Shown here piece after piece: positions 17,277 to 25,640 of a stretch of DNA of 31,327 nt. Made by a program: the position numbers and the translations under genes. The stretch comes from a virus (Duplodnaviria > Caudoviricetes). How positions within the stretch are numbered: the first letter of the stretch is position 1; every line of letters begins with the position of its first letter. The stretch lies in IMG/VR virus record IMGVR_UViG_3300031787_000556, positions 1 through 31,327 of that record, one strand, 5' to 3'. Under the pieces are notes generated by a model. It did not search any database and was not told the origin of the DNA. It worked only from the letters and a program-made list of their open reading frames with translations.

Positions 17277-17284
17277 CGTCTAAC

Positions 17285-17767
17285 CTACAACAGTGAAGCC
17301 GCGACGAAGAACTGATCCTTCTCCTGCTCAGAAAGACCCATCAGGTCCAGCAGTAAGTTGTTGCGATAGTAGTTGATGGCGGCGAAGTCAATCTCAGCAA
17401 AGATACGCTGCTCTGGCGTCCAGTTCCCCTCCCCAACCTGAGCGTCAAAGATCGCCGCGATGGCAGCAGGAACCGTCGCCGTCTTGGTCATGTCGAGAGC
17501 TTCTTGCGCGGAGATGTAGCCCAAGGCGTAAAGTTGAAGTGCAGCCTGCCGACGCGAAATGTAATCCGGTACATCCGGTGGGAGCGTGGCCGGATCAACC
17601 GTGCGGACCACCCAGTCACTACCCTCAAGGCCCTCGAACGGAGTGCCGTACTCGCGCACGACAGGGTGCCACACCACTTTCTTGTGGGGAATATCTTCGG
17701 GTTTCGTATCGTAGCGGCGAATTTCCTTGAACTCACCATCAATCAGAAGTGCAAACTCAGTAATCAT
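17285..17767 (-). CDS. Hypothetical protein, tail-fibre-assembly-like
   Basis: 160 aa with VPDYISRRQAALQL...KDQFFVAASLL, a pattern I recognise from genes that follow phage fibre genes. Confidence 0.6.
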   Translation of the reverse strand: MITEFALLIDGEFKEIRRYDTKPEDIPHKKVVWHPVVREYGTPFEGLEGSDWVVRTVDPATLPPDVPDYISRRQAALQLYALGYISAQEALDMTKTATVPAAIAAIFDAQVGEGNWTPEQRIFAEIDFAAINYYRNNLLLDLMGLSEQEKDQFFVAASLL

Positions 17768-18418
17768 TTATGGCCCCCACGATGCGGCGGTACAGACGTT
17801 GGCATTTGACGAAGAAATAGATCGGGCAGTTTCAGCAGCGACGAGCGCAATGCTCGCACCCGAAGACTGCTGGTTTGTAATCGCCACGTCAAAATTCTCA
17901 GTCGCCCCCGTCCACGTTGTTGTGCCGGTAAGTTTCTTCACCGATGACCCCACCACCAAACCATTCTCGGGGATGTTGATACTTACAGTGGACGGAACAG
18001 CACCTGCATCTGTAGCACTAGCAAACGGTATTGGGTTGACCCCGAACAAATTCCAGATAGCGATGTTCACGTCAGCAACGGTATTGGAAAACGTAATCGA
18101 CACGGTGGCGGTCGCCGCCGTAACCCCCGTCACGCGATAGAGGTAAGCCCCTTGGAAGTCGCCGCCGCCGTCGAACTTTGACCCGTTGACGAGGGTTGCC
18201 GCTATACCGTCTACTGTGACGGCTGTGATATTCCAGTTGTTGTTACCAATGCGCGTCGTGATACCCAAGACGATGAGTTCGCCATTGGAGGCCCCGAGGT
18301 TGACGTTCGCGAAGTTTCTGGTTCCCGACGCCTGACCCGTAAACGTCTGGTTTCCGACATAGGTGATGCCGGTGAGTCCGTGACGCCCACACCCTACCAG
18401 TTGCGTTGCACGCAGCAT
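17768..18418 (-). CDS. Beta-rich putative tail appendage/adhesion protein
   Basis: 216 aa rich in Thr/Ser/Asn/Val with alternating beta pattern. Tightly coupled to its neighbours; locally lower GC. Confidence 0.65.
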   Translation of the reverse strand: MLRATQLVGCGRHGLTGITYVGNQTFTGQASGTRNFANVNLGASNGELIVLGITTRIGNNNWNITAVTVDGIAATLVNGSKFDGGGDFQGAYLYRVTGVTAATATVSITFSNTVADVNIAIWNLFGVNPIPFASATDAGAVPSTVSINIPENGLVVGSSVKKLTGTTTWTGATENFDVAITNQQSSGASIALVAAETARSISSSNANVCTAASWGP

Positions 18419-18421
18419 GGC

Positions 18422-19282
18422 TTAGTCATCCCGCGCTGCATTGGTGGTGTAGTGGATTTTGACGCCGTGCAGACGAGCGTCGATTGCCATCGTATCGGAG
18501 GCGTTGGCAGGGACACGCGCCACTTGGAAGACAACCCACTCCTCCGGTGCCGGGGTTCCAGCGACGGTGATGGCGGCTGTCTCGGGAGAAATATAGATAT
18601 CATTCGTCGTGCCACCGGTATCGGTCGCCGTCTGTGCGGTTCCGAACGCGGCGTCTGCGGCATCATCATCGGTAAAACCTATTGCCTGCAACTGCCACAC
18701 CACGCCGAAGTTGGTCGTGGTCGCCGCGTGCGACCAGACGAACTGTGCCACGATGGTGCCCTCGTCCCACGACTTCGGCATCTGGATGGCAAACTGCGCG
18801 AACTCCTGCGTGGTCGTATCGAAGTTCAGCGTGCGAAGCATCACGCGGTTCGTGGTCGTCTCCACTGACCCCAATGCTGGGGGGTTAGTGGTGCGTGGGA
18901 CCATTGCGATGGCCGGAACCCAGATCGTCTGCTGACCGTCGATCTCCAGATTACTGCGGGCAACCGATGGGTTGACCGCGTCGAGGTTCCTGATCGCGGA
19001 GGTCGGGGCGGTAATGAATACCGACGCAGAGCCACTGAGGTTGAGCAATGACCCCGTAGAACTTTCCACCAGTGTGCGAGACAGCGTCGTACCCGACGCC
19101 GTGTAGGTGCCAGTGCCGATCTCCCATGCCGTACCGTCTTCGATGGTGTAGTGAACCACCGTGCCATCCGTGACACCCGCAGCCGCGAACGACTGATAGC
19201 CGGTGACCGCAGAACCGAGCGTAATCGTGCCCGTGCCTGCGGTCGCCGTCGTCATTCTGGCGCGGTTGAACACGTCAGTCAT
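18422..19282 (-). CDS. Tail fibre/appendage protein
   Basis: 286 aa. The N-terminal [27 protein letters not shown]...[18 protein letters not shown] is an anchor-type domain I recognise from phage fibre-like proteins; the C-terminus is a beta domain. Confidence 0.7.
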   Translation of the reverse strand: MTDVFNRARMTTATAGTGTITLGSAVTGYQSFAAAGVTDGTVVHYTIEDGTAWEIGTGTYTASGTTLSRTLVESSTGSLLNLSGSASVFITAPTSAIRNLDAVNPSVARSNLEIDGQQTIWVPAIAMVPRTTNPPALGSVETTTNRVMLRTLNFDTTTQEFAQFAIQMPKSWDEGTIVAQFVWSHAATTTNFGVVWQLQAIGFTDDDAADAAFGTAQTATDTGGTTNDIYISPETAAITVAGTPAPEEWVVFQVARVPANASDTMAIDARLHGVKIHYTTNAARDD

Positions 19283-19293
19283 GGGAGAACCCC

Positions 19294-19701
19294 TTAAGCG
19301 TTACCGGCAGAGATGGTGAAGCCCGTGACCGTGACCGTCTGACCAGAAGCGATGGAGGTGTTATCCACCGTCATGTCGCCGCCACCGCCCGTCGCCGTGA
19401 TGGTGCCCTGCATGTGGACGGTGGTGCCGTCCGAGGCATAGACGCGGAAGTGACCCGCCGTGCCCGTAGCATCAGCAGCCGTATCTTCCCACGTACCGGA
19501 CTTGGCCTTGGAGCCAGCCGACGCCGCCGCCATCCAGTCGGAGGGCAGGTTGAGTGTCGCCAGCACCGTGCCGCTGTCAGCAGTGGCGCAGTTAGCCGGA
19601 ACCGTACCGCTCCTGATCTTCAGGACCGCTGAAGCGCCGATTGCCGTCTCGAACGCATCAAGCTGAGCGTTGCGAACCGTCACAGAATACTGAAGTGCCA
19701 T
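19294..19701 (-). CDS. Virion structural protein (tail fibre/whisker-associated)
   Basis: 135 aa (VRNAQLDA...[11 protein letters not shown]...[20 protein letters not shown]). GAGGAG RBS. Confidence 0.7.
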   Translation of the reverse strand: MALQYSVTVRNAQLDAFETAIGASAVLKIRSGTVPANCATADSGTVLATLNLPSDWMAAASAGSKAKSGTWEDTAADATGTAGHFRVYASDGTTVHMQGTITATGGGGDMTVDNTSIASGQTVTVTGFTISAGNA

Positions 19702-19715
19702 AGTCTATCTCCTCG

Positions 19716-20045
19716 TTAGAAGTCCGCACGGACCCGGAATTTGAGAACATCATATACCGTATGCGTAGCGCCATCGATATTCACTTCGATCTCGCCCTCA
19801 TACATGCCGGGGTCCACATCAAGGATGCCACCGGAAAAGTCGAACTCCACCACACCATTCACCGCGTCAACCTTGGCGCAGGAGATAATCTGCGGAGTAG
19901 CGGTCGTGCCGGTGGCGCGAAACTTGATGCTGACGGTAGTCGATGGGTTGGAGAGGTCGAACGGATCGCCGGTCGCCTCATCCGTCAGTGTCAACGTGAT
20001 GAGCGGCTTCGTGTCACCTTGAACAACCTTGATCACTTCAGACAT
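19716..20045 (-). CDS. BppU N-terminal-like Ig-fold virion protein
   Basis: 109 aa with IKVVQGDTKPLITLTL..PFDLS..DAVNGVVEF..PGMYEGEIEV..FRVRADF. Confidence 0.65.
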   Translation of the reverse strand: MSEVIKVVQGDTKPLITLTLTDEATGDPFDLSNPSTTVSIKFRATGTTATPQIISCAKVDAVNGVVEFDFSGGILDVDPGMYEGEIEVNIDGATHTVYDVLKFRVRADF

Positions 20046-20053
20046 GCTGTCAC

Positions 20054-20722
20054 CTATGCAAGAGGAACCATGCGCACGGTCAGGGGCGCACGGGTGGCAC
20101 CAAGATTGGCCTTGGCGCGGCGAAGAGCCGTCTTATACGTGTACTGCTTGGCGTGATAGGACGCCAGATTGTAGTCCGTCCACGACTTGTCAGGCAGTGT
20201 ATGAAGATGCTGAAGCACGCCGTGCGTGATCAACTGCTCACACTCATCGAAGGCGATCTTGTCCATCCCCGTGGCATCAGGCGTCGGCCTCAATGCCAGA
20301 AACATCTTAACGGTATACACCCGCGTACTGTCAGGGACGGGAGCCACCACAAAATGATCGGGGTCGAACTGCCCGACGAAGCGCGGCGACGACCGCTTAT
20401 TGGCGTCGGCAGACGGCCAGTCGGGGTACATGCGATGCAGGTCTTCCTGAACTGCCGGGTCCAGCGTGTTGAGGAACTCGACGCCAGAGTTGAGCGCCGC
20501 GTGGATCACAGCGACCACCTCGCTGCCGGTGGGGATGTCGTAGTCGTATTCGTAGACACCGGAGGTGAGCGTGATCGGGTCCTGCTCGTACCGCCACACC
20601 AGTGTCTTCTCGCAGACTTCGATGGCGATATCGCGCACGAACTGTTCGATGGTCGGGCGCGGGCACCCCGGCACGTTGGCAGCAATCTTGTTTTCGAGCG
20701 AGACGAAGGTGCGGGTCGCCAT
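20054..20722 (-). CDS. Head-tail adaptor / tail tubular A-like protein
   Basis: 222 aa with VPGCPRPTIEQFVRDIAIEVCEKTLVWR, FVVAPVPDS and LALRPT. Located after the capsid module. Confidence 0.7.
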   Translation of the reverse strand: MATRTFVSLENKIAANVPGCPRPTIEQFVRDIAIEVCEKTLVWRYEQDPITLTSGVYEYDYDIPTGSEVVAVIHAALNSGVEFLNTLDPAVQEDLHRMYPDWPSADANKRSSPRFVGQFDPDHFVVAPVPDSTRVYTVKMFLALRPTPDATGMDKIAFDECEQLITHGVLQHLHTLPDKSWTDYNLASYHAKQYTYKTALRRAKANLGATRAPLTVRMVPLA

Positions 20723-21375
20723 CAGGGAAGCTCCCTCTTGTCCATACCGGCGCTGTCGAGATCGGTGAACAGGCGGGTCTTGTAGTTGGCTTCGAGGCTG
20801 GCAGCGAAGTTGTCGAAGAACATCTTCGCGCGGCCCGAGGTGATGTGTTCGTTATCGACGCTCTCGGCCAAGAACACCGTGCCGTCGATCACGGTGGTGA
20901 AGTAGGCATCTGGTAGCAGGGCAACCGTGTCACCAGAGGCGTAATCAGGCGGGGCCTTGGCGTACTCGCCAATCAGCACATGCGCGGCAGGAGCCTTGGG
21001 ATAGATGAAGAACTTGTTGGGGTTGCGCGGGTGGCGCATCCAGTTGACCGTGGCACCAGCGGTGGCATCCACCCAGCCGGGGTAGGTCTGATCGATGGTC
21101 TGTCGGTTCGTCTCACGCACTGCGGAGCCGTTCTTGACCCGGAAGATTTCCATGAGGCGGATGGAGTCGGACGGGGCAGACTGCACCACCTCGCCCGCCG
21201 TGCATGAAATTTCTCCGACGTAAGCAAAGAGGTCGGGACGGACAAGCGCAATGCGCTTCAGGGTCTGGTTCGCAAACCCCAAGAGCGTAGCGTCCGAGAA
21301 ACGCTGAAGGGACACGTCAGCATTCGTGTCCTGCAACAGCTTCCGTGCCTCTGTGATCACGTCGGAGAGGATCAT
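20722..21375 (-). CDS. Head-tail adaptor protein (DUF6682-like, from recall)
   Basis: 217 aa with VITEARKLLQD...RFSDATLLGFAN...LVRPDLF and FFIYPKAP. TGATG overlap with the next gene. Confidence 0.7.
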   Translation of the reverse strand: MILSDVITEARKLLQDTNADVSLQRFSDATLLGFANQTLKRIALVRPDLFAYVGEISCTAGEVVQSAPSDSIRLMEIFRVKNGSAVRETNRQTIDQTYPGWVDATAGATVNWMRHPRNPNKFFIYPKAPAAHVLIGEYAKAPPDYASGDTVALLPDAYFTTVIDGTVFLAESVDNEHITSGRAKMFFDNFAASLEANYKTRLFTDLDSAGMDKRELP

Positions 21376-21614
21376 ACCTGCGTCTTCCGCGTCAGTTCGT
21401 CGTTGAGTTCCGCCATCTCATCGCTGATCGGCGGTTCGGGGATGTCGGTCGTGGTCAGGCTGACCTTGGGCTTGCGGCCCTTGGCGACCTTGGGTTCAAA
21501 CCGTTCGGGGAACGCCTGTTCCTCCGTCACCTGTTCGATGTTCGGGTGATCCGCCAGAAACGGATTGTACTCGTACACCGTACCCTTGCTCTTGTGCCTG
21601 AGATAGGTCTTCAT
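21372..21614 (-). CDS. Hypothetical protein
   Basis: 80 aa, coupled to both neighbours, with genome-typical codon usage. Confidence 0.75.
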   Translation of the reverse strand: MKTYLRHKSKGTVYEYNPFLADHPNIEQVTEEQAFPERFEPKVAKGRKPKVSLTTTDIPEPPISDEMAELNDELTRKTQV

Positions 21615-21615
21615 A

Positions 21616-21717
21616 TTACTTCTTGCCCTTCATCAGGCACTTGCCAGCAGCCTTGCACTTGGCGGGCGACGGGCACTTGGAGCAGGGAGTGAACTTCATC
21701 ATCGGCTTCTTTGCCAT
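21616..21717 (-). CDS. 33-aa Lys/Cys-rich peptide (not in the ORF track)
   Basis: AGGAG-N6-ATG, then MAKKPMMKFTPCSKCPSPAKCKAAGKCLMKGKK*. It fills the intergenic gap exactly. Confidence 0.75.
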   Translation of the reverse strand: MAKKPMMKFTPCSKCPSPAKCKAAGKCLMKGKK

Positions 21718-21726
21718 TGTAGGCTC

Positions 21727-21960
21727 CTATCTGTACTTCGCTGTCTTTTTGGCAACCTTGTCTGGCTGACGCACAAACTGCTTGCCGCTCTTCATACCCT
21801 TACGCTTCGCTGCGGTCGTAGCCGCGTACTCTGCGGAGGATAATGCCTTAATGGCTGCTTCCGGTAAATATCTTTCTCCCGTCTTGGAGGACGGCTTACC
21901 GGACTTGGTGCGCCACTTCTGGGCGGTCCAGTCCTTGAGGGACTTCTGGGGGGCTTTCAC
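21727..21960 (-). CDS. Small basic protein, similar to the C-terminal half of DUF5872-like proteins
   Basis: GTG 21960 overlaps the upstream TGA. KAPQKSLKDWTAQKWRTKSGKPSSKTGERYLPEAAIKALS...GKQFV. Confidence 0.75.
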   Translation of the reverse strand: MKAPQKSLKDWTAQKWRTKSGKPSSKTGERYLPEAAIKALSSAEYAATTAAKRKGMKSGKQFVRQPDKVAKKTAKYR

Positions 21961-22136
21961 GACGTGTAGCCCCCGCCTGCCGCCTTGTACTTCTTCGCCA
22001 GAAGCTGGGCCTTGCGGGCCGACCACTGACCGGCCTTGGTGCCCTGCACCGCCGCACCCTTGATCTCGTTGAACAGGCGCTTGCGGAGGGCAGGCTTGGT
22101 GTAGTTCCCGGCCTCGTTGACCTTGGACTTGCTCAC
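21957..22136 (-). CDS. Small basic protein, similar to the N-terminal half of DUF5872-like proteins (not in the ORF track)
   Basis: GTG 22136 overlaps the upstream TGA. 59 aa: MSKSKVNEAGNYTKPALRKRLFNEIKGAAVQGTKAGQWSARKAQLLAKKYKAAGGGYTS*. Confidence 0.8.
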   Translation of the reverse strand: MSKSKVNEAGNYTKPALRKRLFNEIKGAAVQGTKAGQWSARKAQLLAKKYKAAGGGYTS

Positions 22137-22303
22137 CGCTTCTTGCTCCTACCGGCCTCGCTCAGCGCGATGGCAATGGCCTGCTTGCGGTTCTTGACCA
22201 CGGGTGCCTTCTTCGGCCCCTTCGGATCAGCGCCGCTGTGAAGTGTGCCCGCCTTGAACTCGCGCATCACCTTGGAAATCTTCTTCTGAGCCTTGGTTTT
22301 CAT
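22133..22303 (-). CDS. Small basic protein, DUF6496-like
   Basis: 56 aa: MKTKAQKKISKVMREFKAGTLHSG...VKNRKQAIAIALSEAG. TGATG overlap with the upstream gene. Confidence 0.8.
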   Translation of the reverse strand: MKTKAQKKISKVMREFKAGTLHSGADPKGPKKAPVVKNRKQAIAIALSEAGRSKKR

Positions 22304-22557
22304 CAGCAGTTCCACGCTCTCAGGGACTTGTTGATGCGGGAGTTCGGGTCGTTGGCGGTCTTGGCCGACGTGAGCTTCTTCTTCATGCCCTTCATCCGGG
22401 CGCAGAAGCTGTCACGGCGCGGCCCGCCTTCCGGCTGCGGTGCCTTAAGCCCCGGCTTGCCGGGGTTCGCAGCGTTGTAGGAGGCCCGCCCCTTGGCGTT
22501 CAGACCGCCCTTGGGGTTCTTACCTTCCTTGCGCTGCCATGCAGGTGTCTTCGCCAT
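22303..22557 (-). CDS. Small basic protein, DUF6321-like
   Basis: 84 aa from ATG 22557: MAKTPAWQRKEGKNPKGGLNAKGRASYN...RRDSFCARM...SRINKSLRAWNC. Confidence 0.8.
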   Translation of the reverse strand: MAKTPAWQRKEGKNPKGGLNAKGRASYNAANPGKPGLKAPQPEGGPRRDSFCARMKGMKKKLTSAKTANDPNSRINKSLRAWNC

Positions 22558-22558
22558 T

Positions 22559-22849
22559 CTACGCCTCGTTGAAAAAGACGGTGCATTTGCAATCTGTCGG
22601 AAGCTCGACGTAGATACCCTTGTCGAACAGGATACCCGGCTCAGGCATATCCGTGCCCTGAATGCTCTTACCGTAAACATAGTAGTGGTAGTAGGGTTCA
22701 CCCCCTACCGGAGCAGCATCCAGATCATAGAACTTCAACTCGGCATCACCCCCACCTGAGTGGAAGATCAGCACCTTGAGGAAGTAGGCCCGCGAGGTAG
22801 TCACAAGCCCCGTAGCCGAAAGCTGTACAGCCATGACGCCACGCTGCAT
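22559..22849 (-). CDS. Hypothetical small beta-sandwich virion protein
   Basis: 96 aa with an AGGAGG RBS and a C-terminal PEPGILFDKGIYV motif. Confidence 0.75.
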   Translation of the reverse strand: MQRGVMAVQLSATGLVTTSRAYFLKVLIFHSGGGDAELKFYDLDAAPVGGEPYYHYYVYGKSIQGTDMPEPGILFDKGIYVELPTDCKCTVFFNEA

Positions 22850-22862
22850 CGTACCCTCCTGC

Positions 22863-22895
22863 GAAAAAGAGGAGGGGGGCCGAGGCCCCCCATCC
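22863..22895 (-). terminator. Intrinsic terminator/attenuator after the capsid genes
   Basis: GGGGGGCC-TC-GGCCCCCC stem followed by TCCTCTTTTT on the minus strand. Confidence 0.7.
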
Positions 22896-22897
22896 GG

Positions 22898-23362
22898 TTA
22901 CGCGACCTCGACCACCAGTGCCCAGACGCGGACCACAGCAACGTCGATGCTGTTGTGGTTGAGCGTCAGGTCGATGGTGTCGGCAGCAGAGTAGTACTTG
23001 CCGTTCGAGTACCCCGTGATGGTGTTCGGGGCACCTTCGGTGAGTGCCAGCGACGAGACGCCGGAACCAACCGAGTTGAGGTTGACCGCAGCGAGGAAGC
23101 CGTCAGCGTCAGAGCCGTCACCAATGTGCATGGTGGCGGTTGCGCCTTCGGCGGTCGTCACGTCGTAACCAACCATCAGGACGTGCGTCTTGGCCGCGAT
23201 ATCGAAAATCTGATACACATCGGAAGACGCGAGAGCCGTCAGACCGGCAGAGGCCCGGTACGAGGCGATTTCTGCGAAGTCGAGCGTGCGCTCAATACGC
23301 AGGATGTTGCCACCAAGAGCCATGGAGCGCCCAGCGACGTAGTCAGCGGCATAAGTAGCCAT
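22898..23362 (-). CDS. Putative capsid decoration/minor capsid protein
   Basis: 154-aa beta-rich protein directly after the major capsid gene and before the terminator, with a strong GAGGAG RBS. Confidence 0.65.
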   Translation of the reverse strand: MATYAADYVAGRSMALGGNILRIERTLDFAEIASYRASAGLTALASSDVYQIFDIAAKTHVLMVGYDVTTAEGATATMHIGDGSDADGFLAAVNLNSVGSGVSSLALTEGAPNTITGYSNGKYYSAADTIDLTLNHNSIDVAVVRVWALVVEVA

Positions 23363-23392
23363 AGTGATATCTCCTCAGAGAGTTTGGTTGAG

Positions 23393-23411
23393 TGGGGGCC
23401 AGCGGCCCCCA
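23393..23411 (-). other. GC-rich intergenic hairpin without a U-tract
   Basis: TGGGGGCC-GCT-GGCCCCCA just after the capsid stop codon. Confidence 0.6.
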
Positions 23412-23415
23412 CCAA

Positions 23416-24324
23416 TTATGCCAGCGTGATGACGCCGTGGGCGAGAGCTTCCGGCTTCACGGTCTGGTAACCGTAAACCTGAAGGCCGCGCACGATGTTG
23501 CCGAAGGTAGACTCGGCACGGATCGTCTCCATCTCCGTCATCTGCGATGCGAAGGTGAAGCCCATCTTGTGGCCCGCGATGATGTCGAACTTGCCAGAGG
23601 CAACCGGCAGGTTGTGGCTCATGTAGACCGTGAAGCGGTCGATCATGCCGAGACGCCCGTTGCGCAGCACCGAGGTGCTGTCACCCGCGAGGGAGGCGTC
23701 CTTGAGATCGGACTTCTTGATCATGCCCGCCATCTTCGCCGGGATGATGATCCAGCGGTTGGACTCGGGCGCGTTGGCCTCATCCAGCACCGTGCCGAGG
23801 TCCACGATGTATTCGAGGACGTTGGTCTTGGTGATGGCGATGGGAGTGCCGGTGGTGCCGAGGTCAATGTTGTTCGAGATACGGCCAGCGGTCGCACCCT
23901 CGTTGTCAGCCGACACATCAGCCACGATAGCGGCCAGCACGCGCTGGTCGATCTTGATCTTCATACGCTCGGAAGCGTCCTTCGACCAAGTGTCCATCAG
24001 GTTGATGTCGGACTGGACCTTGTCCACGTCGTCTTCGATGCAGGCGAAGTACTCGCCCTTGTCGATGCTGAGCTGGATTTTCGGCTTGTCCGGGTTCTCG
24101 ACGGTGAGGGTCTGACCCTTCACATAGGAGCGGATCGTGATTTCCGGCGTGGTGCGGATGTTCACGGTGTCACCCATGCGGCGGATTTCGCCCTCGTAGT
24201 CCGTGTTGGCGATAGCCGACAGGACCGTTGCGTCATAGAAGTTCTGGATAAGCTTACCCGACCAGATTTCGGGGATGAAGTTGCCCGAGTAGTTCGGGCG
24301 ACCAGAGGCGACGGGGAAAGACAT
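23416..24324 (-). CDS. Major capsid protein (P22 coat-like, HK97 fold)
   Basis: NFIPEIWSGKL...NTDYEGEI..MGDTVNI...FGNIVRGLQVYG. AGGAG RBS, follows the scaffold gene. Confidence 0.9.
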   Translation of the reverse strand: MSFPVASGRPNYSGNFIPEIWSGKLIQNFYDATVLSAIANTDYEGEIRRMGDTVNIRTTPEITIRSYVKGQTLTVENPDKPKIQLSIDKGEYFACIEDDVDKVQSDINLMDTWSKDASERMKIKIDQRVLAAIVADVSADNEGATAGRISNNIDLGTTGTPIAITKTNVLEYIVDLGTVLDEANAPESNRWIIIPAKMAGMIKKSDLKDASLAGDSTSVLRNGRLGMIDRFTVYMSHNLPVASGKFDIIAGHKMGFTFASQMTEMETIRAESTFGNIVRGLQVYGYQTVKPEALAHGVITLA

Positions 24325-24339
24325 GGAAGTCTCCTAGAT

Positions 24340-25380
24340 TTAGCTTGCTTGCATGATGCGTCCATCCCGCTGTGCAGCGAAGATGTCGCGTTCGATACGG
24401 TCACGCTCCGTCTCACGGCCCCTGTACTTACCGGAGCGCACATCATTGAAGAACTTCCTGATGTCTTCCGGGGTATAGGTCTTCGCATTCGTGCCGCCCG
24501 TCGCGCTTCCTGCGCTGCGGGACCGGCCCGGTGCAATCTGCCGCTCCAACTCCGAAGCCTGCCGAGTAGGTTGAGCATTCGCTGCTGGCGCAAACTTGCC
24601 AGACGCCGCCGTGAAGGCGCTGAAGAACGCCGTGACACGGTTCACGTCGAGATCACGCTGGGCGATCTCAAGGTGTGTCTGCCGCGAAGTGTTTGTCAGC
24701 GGATCGATCTCCAACAGCCAAGACTGGAAGTCCGGGTCGTTGTTGATCTGCTGCCAGTTGGGTACGCGCTGGGCGAGGTTCGACCAGAACCGCTCTTCCG
24801 ACGTTGCAGCCTGCTGCTGTGCAACACGCTGAACCTGCGGAATGACCGATCCCGATACGCTCTGCGTGAGGTTGGCGATGACACCCTCAAGCTGGGCGAT
24901 CTTGCCCTGCAAGGAGCCGACTTCCTCACGAGTAACCTTGCGCATCATGTCAATCGACTCGCCATACTCGGCCACGTCGTCGTCAGTCACGAGCTTCTGC
25001 ACGGACTGCGGTGCTGCGGAAGCAGCGGGCGCGGCGGGAGTAGAGAGTGACGACAGAAGGTTCTCCAACTGCGCGACACGGGCCTGCAATTCTTTGTTTG
25101 CGCCCCGCAGTCGCGGTACTTCTGCGTTGAACTGACCCTGAAGCGTGCGCCAACGCTGGGCATACGTCTCAGAGTTCGGGTCTTCCTTGGCACCATGCTC
25201 AGTCGTGCCAGAGGATTGAACGGACCTCTCCGCATCGTCAGCCTGCGGGGCAGGAGCAGGATCGGAATTGGACTCGTCAGTGGGCGGATCGGCCACAACG
25301 GCCTTCGGCTCACCAGTCAGTTCCTTGATCTTGTCTTCCGCAGCTTCGATCTGCTTACGAATTTGTTCAGGCAATGCCAT
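24340..25380 (-). CDS. Capsid scaffolding protein
   Basis: 346 aa with an acidic/Pro-rich N-terminus, coiled coils and VPNWQQINNDPDFQSWL. Located between portal and capsid genes. Confidence 0.75.
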   Translation of the reverse strand: MALPEQIRKQIEAAEDKIKELTGEPKAVVADPPTDESNSDPAPAPQADDAERSVQSSGTTEHGAKEDPNSETYAQRWRTLQGQFNAEVPRLRGANKELQARVAQLENLLSSLSTPAAPAASAAPQSVQKLVTDDDVAEYGESIDMMRKVTREEVGSLQGKIAQLEGVIANLTQSVSGSVIPQVQRVAQQQAATSEERFWSNLAQRVPNWQQINNDPDFQSWLLEIDPLTNTSRQTHLEIAQRDLDVNRVTAFFSAFTAASGKFAPAANAQPTRQASELERQIAPGRSRSAGSATGGTNAKTYTPEDIRKFFNDVRSGKYRGRETERDRIERDIFAAQRDGRIMQAS

Positions 25381-25391
25381 CTAATACGCTC

Positions 25392-25640
25392 CTATCCGGT
25401 ATGCGTAGGGTTGGTCGGCGAGCGTGGCTGCTTTGCCGCCAAATCAGGGGAATTGGTAGCCAACTTTACGAGTTCGGCTAGAACTTGACAGCGCCCCTGC
25501 GACACTGCCGAGTTTTGGAAGGCGAAGGGAAGCTGTTCGAGTTCGTGGGCCTTCCACTCACTGAGAAAGGTCAGTACCTGCGGGTACTGCCTCACAATGA
25601 GGGCAAAAGCCTTCACAACCTCGTCAGTGGGACGGATCAT
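25392..25640 (-). CDS. Small post-portal hypothetical protein
   Basis: 82 aa with ATGA overlap to the portal stop and an SQGRCQVLAELVKL helix. Confidence 0.75.
   Translation of the reverse strand: MIRPTDEVVKAFALIVRQYPQVLTFLSEWKAHELEQLPFAFQNSAVSQGRCQVLAELVKLATNSPDLAAKQPRSPTNPTHTG

Noticed and set aside
16148-17283. Long alternative-frame and antisense repeat ORFs (16148-17221 minus, 16264-17283 plus), and a possible CRISPR reading of the repeats
   Set aside because: They stay open only because the 63-bp unit lacks stops. The units are contiguous and coding, with no unique spacers and no cas genes.
14745-19282. Diversity-generating retroelement target in the fibre genes
   Set aside because: No reverse transcriptase and no TR/VR pair differing at adenines is visible in this window.
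22303-22701. Tracked upstream starts for several genes (22701, 22315, 22026, 15836, 14165, 13939, 29440)
   Set aside because: They overlap upstream genes or sit on the RBS. Downstream starts with an RBS or stop-start coupling fit better.
23392-25050. 552-aa plus-strand ORF
   Set aside because: Antisense to the capsid and scaffold genes; a typical high-GC shadow frame.
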